This document shows, in pieces, positions 1 to 9,761 of a stretch of 23,293 nucleotides of DNA. Position numbers and translations under genes: made by a program. The DNA comes from Perkinsus olseni (Eukaryota): NCBI GenBank assembly GCA_013115125.1, contig JABANN010000013.1, positions 124,001-147,293 of the forward strand, given 5' to 3'. Below the pieces are notes generated by a model. The model saw nothing but the letters and a program-made list of their open reading frames with translations. It ran no database searches and was not told the origin of the DNA. Each line of letters opens with the position of its first letter. Within the stretch, counting starts at the first letter, position 1.

Positions 1-809
1 CAAGATATTGGTGGGCTAATACTTGAAGTCCTGTCTTTGCTGGACTAGTTGGTCACTATACAAACGAATAGATTTATCCAGGCATTCTCGGGAGAACCCT
101 GTCGTCTCTTGCTCTGCGCCGCCTTGTTGTTCTTCGTCGAGATCCCAGTGTGCTCTTATTCCTCAGGCCTCAATGCTTGGAAGCTGCAGGCCTACTTGAT
201 CACGCATGTGTTGTACGTGCTGTCCGAGTGGGGAGCGCGGCCGTTGTCTCCTACTACGTTACATTACGAATATGATTTTATTAGTGAAGCTTTGACCTTG
301 TGGGGGCCTCCTGGTCGTGGAACTTGACGGTTGACCCTCTTTCCGCTCAGATGCATGGGCTCGATCGACGACCCTGAGCTGTGTGGAGAGGTAGTGCAGT
401 GTCTGCGGATCTTCGACGCAGGGAGTAAGGCGTGCAGTCCTCGTACAGGACACCACGGTTGCACCATCACTGTCTCCAGGTGAAGGCGAAGACGCCTCCT
501 TTTCTCGTCGAATCTCTGCTGGCACATGTTACCTCTTATCTCGAGAGTCACCCGCTGAGCCGGGTGGGCTAGATGACATCACCCGGCAGGTTTTTCTGAT
601 GGTTGGCTTGTGCAGGTCGATGGTCCCGAGGGGACAACTCCGATATCTATGCCGACTACCATACTACTATGTGCGTATTGGTCGGCCTTGTGGAACCAGA
701 TTTCACTCGGCATCAAGGTGGCTCGGGGTGCGAGAAGCATTCAGCCAGAGTGCAGGAATGGCTCACGTTCATGGAAGATGAAGAGCCGTGTCCCTATGAC
801 CAGACGTAA
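1..809 (+). CDS. 3' part of a multi-exon hypothetical protein with YxxTH..WG, DPELxGE..CL and YHTT motifs (resembles bacterial DUF6895-type helical domain); 5' end probably outside window
   Basis: GT-AG bounded exons read LNAWKLQAYLITHVLYVLSEWGARP..., DDPELCGEVVQCLRIFDAG, and RWSRGDNSDIYADYHTTMCVLVGL...PYDQT* (TAA 807-809). Family resemblance is from recalled motif order, not a search. Confidence 0.6.
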
Positions 810-984
810 GTACTTAGCGATTAACAATTCATTGCCTAGCTAGTGCCCAATGGGTATCAACCCAAGGGTTTTCATACGCAACACTCAGTGCGCAAGGGCG
901 TTGAGGTGTCCGTGTTTCATTGGCGCTGCAACATGGAGTTGGCTCGTAGCGAGTACAAATCGATCGATTCTTCTTTGGTTGGTG

Positions 985-2857
985 ATGCAGCCGCGGAGGA
1001 GTACTTCACTGCTTGACAGATTCGAAATTATCGCTAGTACCACGGAACCGCCGCGAGCGAAGAACAGTCGACCCGGGTTGAAGCGGAAGCTCAGCAATGG
1101 GGTCTTGGACGAATATAATATTTTAGAGTACACTAAGATTGCAACTGAGAGAAGGAAGGCCTTGGCCCTGGCTGAAGTGAAAAAACAACGCAGCGATGCA
1201 GGTGAGGCTTTCACGGTGACTGTGGGTAGTAGGCAAGTAGCGGCGAGGCGTGGGTGCGTCAGGTTCCCAGACCGTCGAGCCTGTGAAAGAGGAGAAATTA
1301 GTTTCTCATCGGAGTGAAGAGTTCACGTCGTTTGATGCGGACAACGTAGAGTCCACAGTGCCACCAGGTGAGACAAGGAATTCGCAAATGCCGGGTCAAA
1401 TGGCCGCTTATACTCAGCTACATCAGTACGTAGAAAGAATGGCCCCGTGCTCTGCGCCATCTGTGGATGCTCGTTCTCCCGCCTGTGTGAAGCGATACGA
1501 GTAAGTGAAGGACAGTATTCTGAGGAAACTTCGTTAAGAGTCGTTGCAGTGTCATCTTGTTCTGCTATATCCTGGTTCAGTGCGTTCGATGTCGACTGGC
1601 TGTCCACCGGGAGTGCTTGCCGCGGTCACAGCAAGGATCCGTCAAGAAGACCAAGTGGGTCGGGCAGCGCTCAGCAAGCATTCATTCACGGCTGCCCCGG
1701 GCATGACTAAGATTGGTGGTGGGAAAATGATCATCCTCCTTGTGTGATCACCTTGTTGCCTCCCGTTGTTAAACTCGGGACTAGAGGATGAAGCCCTTAT
1801 AATACTGACAAATAACAGTGATGGTGGTTGCCTGGCCTGCATCCTAGCCTTATAGTACCGATTTGGCACACGGGACAAGTGCAAATATGATTTTATCAAG
1901 GAAAATGTGAGACAGCAAGATCTTCATCATCACTCTCGATCATTCGCACCTTGTTTGCAATCTGTTGGTGTCGATTCGGGAGTCCCGAGAGGCCCACACG
2001 AGAGCAGCTCACGCTTTTACTTGAGAGTTCGAGTGCGATTGAAGCATCGCGTTGGGTCTCAATAATTCGGATCTGTTCCAGGTATTGTTGTCCGCTGTGT
2101 CTGATCTGCGATGGAGATGATGATAGTCCTGCAGACTTACACTGCTGTCTATGCAGGGGTCCTCTGAGAAGGGGTCAGTATGCTCTGACGGGTGAGGATA
2201 GTATACGCTCGAACGTCGCCGAGGGTGCTGTCAGGCTATGTGTTCTCCTCGCGGCGCGAAGTTGAGCACAACAAGAACTTCGCCCATTGTCCTTGTGCGG
2301 TGCAGTGTATACTATCCGAAGTCAGTCTCCGGGGCATGACGCTGTCGTGCATTTGATTTGTCCTTCAGGTTGATGGTATACACCTCGTGCATAATTCGCT
2401 GGATGGATCCGTTGAGTTCGAGGTCCTGGAGCGATTCTTTGACTCTTCCGCCGCTCGGTCCGGGGGAAGTCGGTAAGTTAAGTTATTCGTAGGCACTATC
2501 CATCATCGCACTCACATGGTCGGAGGGTTCTCGTCGGCTCCACCGCTTGGTCGCGCTGTTGGTGAACGTGCTCGGTGAGGGATTGCGCACTGTGGATTCA
2601 CCAAGCGTTACTCGCATACTAGCGTACTAGTGTCATACTGTTTTAGATACCAGGGGTCATATTCGTCTACCAATGAGTGTTGCTACTGCCACGAGAGTCT
2701 GAAGCCCCTTGTAGAAGCGTGCGTTCTTTCCTGTCCGATGGAAGGATGCAACCGCACCTGGCATGCCGGATGTCACCCTCCGCGAGCTTTTCTCCTCCAC
2801 GCCAGCGAGCAGGGAGCTCGGGCTTTCCGCCAGCATGACTGTGGAGTGAGGCATTGA
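985..2857 (+). CDS. PHD finger plus extended PHD (PZP-like module as in BRPF/JADE/AF10), multi-exon; 3' end uncertain (may extend to ~3190)
   Basis: ATG 985 (MQPRRSTSLL). In-frame splices give a C4HC3 PHD: CAICGCSFSRLCEAIR|CVRCRLAVHRECLP...K|YCCPLC. This is followed by LHCCLC...FAHCPCAVQCILSE|V and CCYC...ACVLSCPMEGCNRTWHAGC, matching the ePHD pattern CxxC..HxxC..CxxC..C..C..HxxC. Confidence 0.8.
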
Positions 2858-3418
2858 ATCCCTCTGAGTTTCAAGTTTCGCCACTGTGTTACTGTTTGTG
2901 TTGAAGCTGTTCCGCCGACTGAATCAGAACAACTGCTGAGCTGGACCATCCAGCCTGGACGATTATTCAATCAGAAGCTCCTACTTTTATTGCTCGGTGG
3001 ACGGATGGGCTGATCTAGGATGACGCCTCGTAATGAACGACAGTTTGGTGTGCCATCGGTTCGCTGTGGTGGCTGATCAGACATTCCAGCCTGGAAGATC
3101 CGGTCCGGTATGCGACTGCGGTATTACCGGTAGTGATCTACTCCTCCCGCTAGCCTGCTACCTCATCAAAGGGACATGTCTTCTGTGAATCGTTGAGTGC
3201 TTATCGCTTTTGTCTTGCCTCCACGCCGTGGAGTCAACGGTAACTAATTAGGCGTAAGTGAGCACTGTTGCTGCATGTCCAGTTGTTGATTGCAACTTGC
3301 AATTCAAACATCAATCTGTTCCTCTATACGGTGATGAGTTGCTCGTGGACATGACGTAACTCTTCGTCATTCAACGACAGCGATTGCTCTGTGATCAGTT
3401 AAAACTATCTAAATGCGA

Positions 3419-5420
3419 TGCCTCTCAGCCCTCTGAGAGGCAACTACGACAAATGCTACCCACTGCGTCTACTTCATTGGTAGCAGCTACTAAGTCGACG
3501 GTTGAGGCCTGGGCCTAGGTCAGGCCTGGGATCCGACCGCCGGCGACGAATGAAGAGAGTAAGAGTGGAACTCGAGCGATGTGTATCTGAGACACTGTCT
3601 CATGTTCTTCGGCTCTAAGCGTTACGGACCGGTCAGGAACGAAAAGCCACCATCAAATAGCATACATCTCATCATCCTTCAGGCCCTAAAAAGTGTGGCC
3701 CCGTCGGTGGTCGTCGCCTAGTAGCAGCAGGAAAGTCGGCAGCAGCAGCAGAGGCAGCAGCATCAGCGGCAGCAGCAGCGGCGGGTGCAGCAGCAGCGGG
3801 TGCAGCAGTAGCACATCCTTGACCGACTAGTCGTTCGTGGGCGCGCTTGCCCGAGTCGGGCAGCCCGACTACTCTGGCACCGCTGTGTCTATCAATCGTG
3901 GACTGTCCCTGTTCTATCGTGGACTACGACTCGTAGACGGTGGTTCGTGGGTGGTTCAGGGAGGCGTGCTAGTGTTCTTCTCGCTCGCCATCGAGAAGCG
4001 CTCGTCGCCGAGCCCCACTCGTCACAGAGCTCCGACTACAAGAACCTTCCAGCGTTTTCGCTTGTTGCTCACGGATTAAACTAGTCGTGCTCTTCACGGC
4101 TCGCACACTGTACTGATGATGTGACTTCGGCCCGAGTGTACCGCTGCTGTGACGAACTGCCGAGACGGCTCCATCTCCTTAAAACCGAGGTGACGCGGAC
4201 CATGCGTCACACTATTTGTTCGTCGTGACGTGAGCTCAGATTTGAGGCCAGCTACTATGCGTCGGGGGTTGAGTTCCGTGCTCCATGGACAAGCTCTATA
4301 CTGGGTTCAGAAAGGTTGGCCAGGTTTCTGCAGCCTGGTCATGTTCTCCCTCTACCGGAGGGGCGCAACGACCCTCCCCAGCCGCAGTCCCGAGTGGTCA
4401 TTATATCGTCATTACTGTGCTACCCACTGGGTGAGCTGCTGATGAATGGTACATGGTCTATGTTGTACATATCAGAGCTGGGAGTCGGCTGGCTTCTTCG
4501 TCCCTCTCAGCCTGCCGGCCTGTTAGTAGCTGCTAACCACACGTTCCTACTGCGGTCTTCGTAGCCCTCCGTCCACTCCAGTCCGATCCTGGCCGCGCTG
4601 TTGTCAGTGAATCTTGTAAATACAACGAGGGGACAAGAGGCGCCTTCAAGAATACCATACTCTTCTCCAAGAGGCTTTCTTGTCCCTCCGCTGGATTTTC
4701 TCGGACTACTAGCATAAGGACCTTACAATACGCCCTTTACATTCGTTCTGCCTGTCCGGCTACTTCGTTGCCGGAACCCACTGCGTCTACTTCTATTAAT
4801 AATCACGTTGGTTCGTGATGCTTCTCCATCCACTTGAGTGGTTGGGCCTCTGCGTCTACTTCGTTATGCCCTCAAGTCGGCAGTTACACTATCGACTTGG
4901 GTCTCCTGCCTGTTCCTCCATCTGGGTATATTCACGTGTTGGTTCGTGATGCTTCTCCATCCACTAGAGTGGTCGGACCTCTGCGTCTACTTTGATCAGC
5001 AATGCTGAGGCGGCAGCTGGACTACCCGACTCTGGCCTTCTGCCTGTTCGCTTCATTCTGACCGAATGATTCGGTATCATAACTCACCGGCTCATGCTAC
5101 TTTCCCAGTTACCGACGTGGCTGGGACCTCTGCGTCTACTTCATTGGTCTTTTAGCCACTCTGGTGGCTGGAACCTCCTCGCCTGCTCCGTCGAAAATCT
5201 CCGCTAACGACCCTCCTTGTCGTCACATACATCTGGATCGGCAGTGTGCTAACTTGAGGTCTTCCTACCGAGAATCTTGTGGCTAGAATCTCTGTGTCTG
5301 CCTCACTCCTTGAGCTGCGAGTCCGTTCATGCATCTCGTATCATTGGATGCTCATTCGTGCTGCCCTTGGCTGGAACGATTGCTGCCAAGCAGCGGTCTG
5401 GGATGCCTCGTCTACTTCGT
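3419..5420. repeat. Dispersed degenerate repeat family centred on CTGCGTCTACTT, including a 55-bp direct repeat with 131-bp period
   Basis: Exact CTGCGTCTACTT at 3463, 4781, 4850, 4981 and 5130, with degenerate copies near 5164, 5279 and 5394. 4807-4861 and 4938-4992 differ at 3 of 55 positions. 3463-3481 is identical to 5130-5148. Confidence 0.8.
3721..3813. repeat. Imperfect (GCA/CAG)n low-complexity tract
   Basis: Runs such as gcagcagcagcagaggcagcagcatcagcggcagcagcagcggcgggtgcagcagcagc. Reads as poly-Ala on either strand. Confidence 0.8.
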
Positions 5421-6067
5421 TGTGGAGCAGAAATCTGCAACCTGTACTCTCACCGTCCGTCTGTCGCTCGGTCTAGTGGCTGCGTCCTGCACTCGTCATA
5501 TATAAGTGTATCAATGGTGAATAATCATTGTCAGTTACGTGGTAGTGAGATGTTGGTTCTGTTATGTAACATTGTGGCCTGTGCGACGTGATGAGTCGCT
5601 TCAGGAGCCCTACGCGGATACTGTATTACTCATCTCTCTCTTTGTTATATATCTCACATACCACCAGCATCGTAGTGGTACCAATGGAGTTCGCTTGTCG
5701 CGTTGAGTTTGCAGCGGTCATCGGAGCGTCTCTAGAGTGCGACCGCCCACAGTAGTTGTGCTCGATCTTAAGACACACATCTGCCGTGCAGCATGGAAGA
5801 GCCGCTGGCAGGGGTCTCCCGTAAGACAGCTTGCCTGCAAACGCTAGGCTTGCACATTCGCCTGGATTTCGGCTGGAATACACGGGACGCGACCAAATGT
5901 GCACCGAGCGATTCTCAACCTCCGTTGTGCTTTCTCTCGATGTCCTCGGTGAGTAGCCCGGCGGTAGTCCTGGCAACGTTAAAGGCACGCTACATTAGTC
6001 TCCGTCCTACGCTTCACTGTTGAGCCAACACCTTGTAGTAGATGCCTCACCGCCGCTCGAGTCAAAC

Positions 6068-8298
6068 ATGCCTGATAGCTCCGAAGATCCTCTGCTCGTG
6101 GATGAGCATCATCATCATAGCCGCGGCAGACAGCGCCTCTGGCTTAGTCTCAAGTATCACCCTCGGCGGGTAGCCGAGGTCACCTTATTGTTGGGCATGG
6201 TTTTCGTCGAATGGATGGGTATCACTATCATAGCCCCGCTCACTCCATGGTACCCAACCTCCCAAGCATCACCACCGATGTGCCGCACCACAGGTTCAGG
6301 AAGAAGCTGAGCTCAGAAATGGATGAAGGCGCGGCTGCCTCTATTATGGTGGCCTCTTATGCTGTGGGTACCACCGTGGGCTCTCTCATTTCGGGCCCGA
6401 TCTCTGACAGGTACGTCTAGGAATGTCTACAGCTGCTCAAATCTCTGTTGATGGTGTAATTTCAGGATTGGCCGTCGCCCCGTCTTCCTTGCTGGACTAA
6501 CACTGTTTGCTGCGTCTTATTTCCTAGCCGCCATCAGTTGGAACCTGATGAGCTTCGCCTGCTTCCGGGCGCTGGGTGGTCTGGCATCAGGTCATCAGCG
6601 TTGGCCATGAACTTTACCTTCTATGCGGATACTCTCAGGCAATCGTCCAGTTTTCATAGCCTTTTTAGCGGACATATCCGACCCCCGTGACTCAGCATTC
6701 TACGGCGTTCTTCTCGCCACAACAGTCAACGCTGCCATCAGTATAGGTCCAGTGATAGGTAGGCCCCACTGCCCTCTTTATCGACGTGTGTTCACCTCCT
6801 CTCTGCTTCAGGTGGCGCTCTGGCTCTGGTGGAACTTGAATTCCCCCTCTATCTTTTTGGCGGCATCTCCTGCGTTCTGCTCGCTCTGCTTTTCTTCGTC
6901 CTACGAGAATCCCATCGTGATCGGTTGACCACTGCCACGACTGATGCTGGGGGGCATGTCACAGATATAGCGTGTAGGGGGACGTGTGTGGAATACAGCA
7001 GTGAAGCCTTGTGCGGGCTCCAAGTATCAGCCTTCGTCTTTCAGATGACGACCGAGAATCCTATCCGAACAGATGGTTGTTCCCAACAATTGCTATGCTG
7101 GCTCTCACAGCTTTCTGCGCACGGTGATTCCTTGAGGGGGCGGAGGGCGTCTAGTCGGTCGGATATCCTCCTCATCACACTGAGAATCTTAGGGCACGGA
7201 TCCAAATCGCGTGGTGTTTCAAGTGCTTGGTACTGTAACTTAGTACTTACTTGGGGACGTAGTTCCCGAGCTAAGACTGAGTGTACTTGGTACGCAGCCC
7301 TCGCCATGATAGGGAAGCTCTGGGTACTCACTGAAATTCCCGGACCGCTTGACCTCGCGTCGTAGCCTCGCAAATCGCAGTGGAGAGCTGGATATGTTGT
7401 TCGGTCAGCTACATGATTACGGGCTGGTCTACCGTATTTGGCCTTCTCGGTGCGGAAAGATACGGCCTGAACTCAGCACAGAATGGACTGTCCTTGGGTC
7501 TACAGGCGTGTGTCCTGATTCTGCTCTCGATCGGCTACATCCCCATCACGAGTAAGAGCCCCACTACATCACACGCTAGCCGCATTGTGGCACTTCAGGG
7601 GCAGTTCTGAGCCCGGCATTGACTGCGGCGGTAGGTCTGGCCGTGAGCTCGCTACTCGTCGTCGTACCCTTCCTGCATAACGTCTACTGGACAACGGCAA
7701 TCGGGGCAGCCCCTGGGATTGGATGTGAGTTGTTGTCGCCCGGGAACACGCGCTATCGAGCTGTTGCGGGTTCGCAACCTGCACTGCGATTGTCAGCAGA
7801 ATCCTCAAGTAGAGGTTTCCAGTCGATGACTTTCTACCACGCTTAGTGTAAGACGTCCTCTCCTGCATCAGGTTGCCTCTTCTTCTCGGGTATGGTTTAC
7901 TTCATCACCATCCTCTCTCCGGGCAGTAGAAGGGGCTTTTTCAGTTCCTTCGTGTACACTTCTTCTAATATTGGTAAGGCTTCATGGAGGCAGCCAGGGC
8001 CCCGCGTCAGCTTTTCGGTATTGTTCGTAATTTTCGGACCTACGGTAGCGCCTTTTCAGGAGCTGTCTGTGGGCCTATCTTCAGTGGCACCTTGTACGAT
8101 GCTGATCCATCTCGTAGGGCTTACCCGTTTTACGGCTTTCTGGTTTCATCAATCTTAGCCACACTTGGATGTGAGTGGTCAGCTACTGTATGATTGCCGG
8201 TATCCCTTTGAATGGGGATTGCCATTGCAGGTGTCATTGTGGAGCGTGGGGTCAAGCATACAGCGCAGTGGAAGTCGTCGAGAAGGCTTTGCCCTTGA
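6068..8298 (+). CDS. Major facilitator superfamily transporter, DHA1/TetA-like, multi-exon
   Basis: ATG 6068 (MPDSSEDPLL). Spliced product has TM1 VFVEWMGITIIAP, motif A GPISDR|IGRRPVF, motif B FRALGG and motif C GPVI|GG, plus a second set of hydrophobic helices (LFPTIAMLALTAF, NGLSLGLQACVLILL, GAVCGPIFSGTLY). Ends ...KSSRRLCP* at TGA 8296-8298. Confidence 0.9.
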
Positions 8299-8562
8299 GT
8301 TCAGTGACCTGATCAGTGCGGTGCAGAGTCTGCACTGCAGACAAACGATTTTCTGTCATGCCTTTTCTTTGAATTCTCACCGTTCGCTGATCTCCGCTGG
8401 TGTCTTGTTGGCTACATTGTTCGCTCCTCCGCCCGTCAACTCGCCTGCCCCGGCCATGCTGATGGTCATGTTTAACTTCGAGAGGTTTGCAGGTGTTGTA
8501 CCGAGAAAAGTGCGCTGTTCATGCTTGGCATGTTGGCTTGGAATTTGATTCATGTATTCAAT

Positions 8563-8599
8563 GTAACTTTCAGCTTTTATTCTTTTTTGAGTTTTCACC
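8563..8599 (+). promoter_or_regulatory. Polypyrimidine tract with AG just upstream of the hydrolase ATG; candidate (trans-)splice acceptor
   Basis: gtaactttcagcttttattcttttttgAGttttcaccATG, with AG at 8590-8591. Spliced-leader trans-splicing is known in perkinsids, but its use here is inferred. Confidence 0.4.
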
Positions 8600-9241
8600 A
8601 TGTCCTGTGGTCTGTACATTCCGGGATTGTGTAGCAACTGTGCGGGGCGGAAGGCTATGATGCTGCAGGATCTCTGCATACGACATGGCCTCCCATGCAA
8701 GCTGTACAACTATCCACACTGGGACTGCCCGGCGAAGTTGGATTATTCTAGTGTATACAATGCAGCAAGAGATTCACTGTTAGACGTGGCAACTGCGAAG
8801 AGCCCCGCAGTGGTGCTGGCCGCGTCCATGGGATGCCATTTCGGCCTGCGCTTGGCGCTCGACTTCCCAGATCTTATCAAAGCAATAGTCTCAGTGGGCG
8901 GCAGCTACAATCCTGGCGCATGCTGGCGCGGAGAGGACTCGAGCGAGTGGGTGTATGTGGCCTCTCGGTATGCCGAGGATGATGGAGCCTATAAAGTGCC
9001 GAAGGCGTTCCTCCGTGATATGCAGGCGAACTACATGAGTAACTTCGAGGATATTCGCGTGCCCGTTGAGGTTGTTCACGGGACGAAGGATGAGAGCGTC
9101 CCAGTGGAGACCGGCGAGAAACTTGCACAGCTCCTGCCCAGGGGTAGTTTGCACTTAATTGAAGGTGGTGATCACCGGCTCAGTACAGAAGAAGACTTGA
9201 GGTTTACCGGGAATTTGTTGAAGAAGTACCTTGTTGCTTGA
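8600..9241 (+). CDS. Intronless alpha/beta-fold hydrolase (ABHD10-like esterase/thioesterase), 213 aa
   Basis: Single ORF. N-terminal YIPGLCSNCAGRKA; nucleophile elbow LAASMG; catalytic Asp in VHGTKDESVP; catalytic His in IEGGDHRLS. Confidence 0.9.
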   Translation: MSCGLYIPGLCSNCAGRKAMMLQDLCIRHGLPCKLYNYPHWDCPAKLDYSSVYNAARDSLLDVATAKSPAVVLAASMGCHFGLRLALDFPDLIKAIVSVGGSYNPGACWRGEDSSEWVYVASRYAEDDGAYKVPKAFLRDMQANYMSNFEDIRVPVEVVHGTKDESVPVETGEKLAQLLPRGSLHLIEGGDHRLSTEEDLRFTGNLLKKYLVA

Positions 9242-9761
9242 GGGCCCCGTGAAGATGGTGGCAGCTGTTTCGAATTTCACCGATCGCGTGTCGCTAGGAA
9301 AGTGTTGAGCTACTCCACGGTTAGAGCAGCATGCCTGAGTTGTTGTGGCGTGGATGTTCGTTCTGCTCTGCTCCACAACTCAGCCCCTTCTTTTCCTCTA
9401 TGCTGCTTCTTTCAATGGCTCTGCATCTTCTATCAAGCTGCCTCTTGGGCTACTGCCACGCAGTGGCGTCCGTCGGCGTGTGAGTCACGCGGCGTGACCT
9501 ACGCTCGGCCACGTTTCGCTCGCCTCGTTCGCAGCACGTATGCTCTCTGCCGTTCCTCGGCCCATGAGCGGGGTGGCTAGTGGCTGCTGCCGAGACAGAA
9601 GCCGGGCACTCACCAACAACAAGCTACCCCGTTTGGCTTACCAAGGTGAGGGGACATCGCATTAGGCGACCTTCGATCGCTCTGATACTACTCGGCAGCG
9701 TCGGAGCAACATCGTCGAACCACAAGGAGAAGCTCTCGTAATCTCAGATTCTGGAGGCTGG

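Noticed and set aside
3331..3400. C/D or H/ACA snoRNA (TGATGA followed by a hairpin)
   Set aside because: No properly placed CTGA D-box with terminal stem, and no convincing H and ACA boxes.
3672..3923. Minus-strand Ala-rich open frame (ATAAPAAAAPAAAAAADAAA)
   Set aside because: No start codon or linkable exons; explained by the GCA low-complexity tract.
4229..4564. Open + frames suggesting a retroelement or transposase relic
   Set aside because: No gag, RT, integrase, tyrosine-recombinase or HUH motifs recognisable in the frames I translated.
4768..5420. CRISPR-like repeat-spacer array
   Set aside because: Spacing is irregular (~47-148 bp), repeats are degenerate and the spacers are partly homologous to each other.
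5626..5988. 120-aa minus-strand ORF
   Set aside because: Non-ATG start, no recognisable motif and no supporting exon structure.
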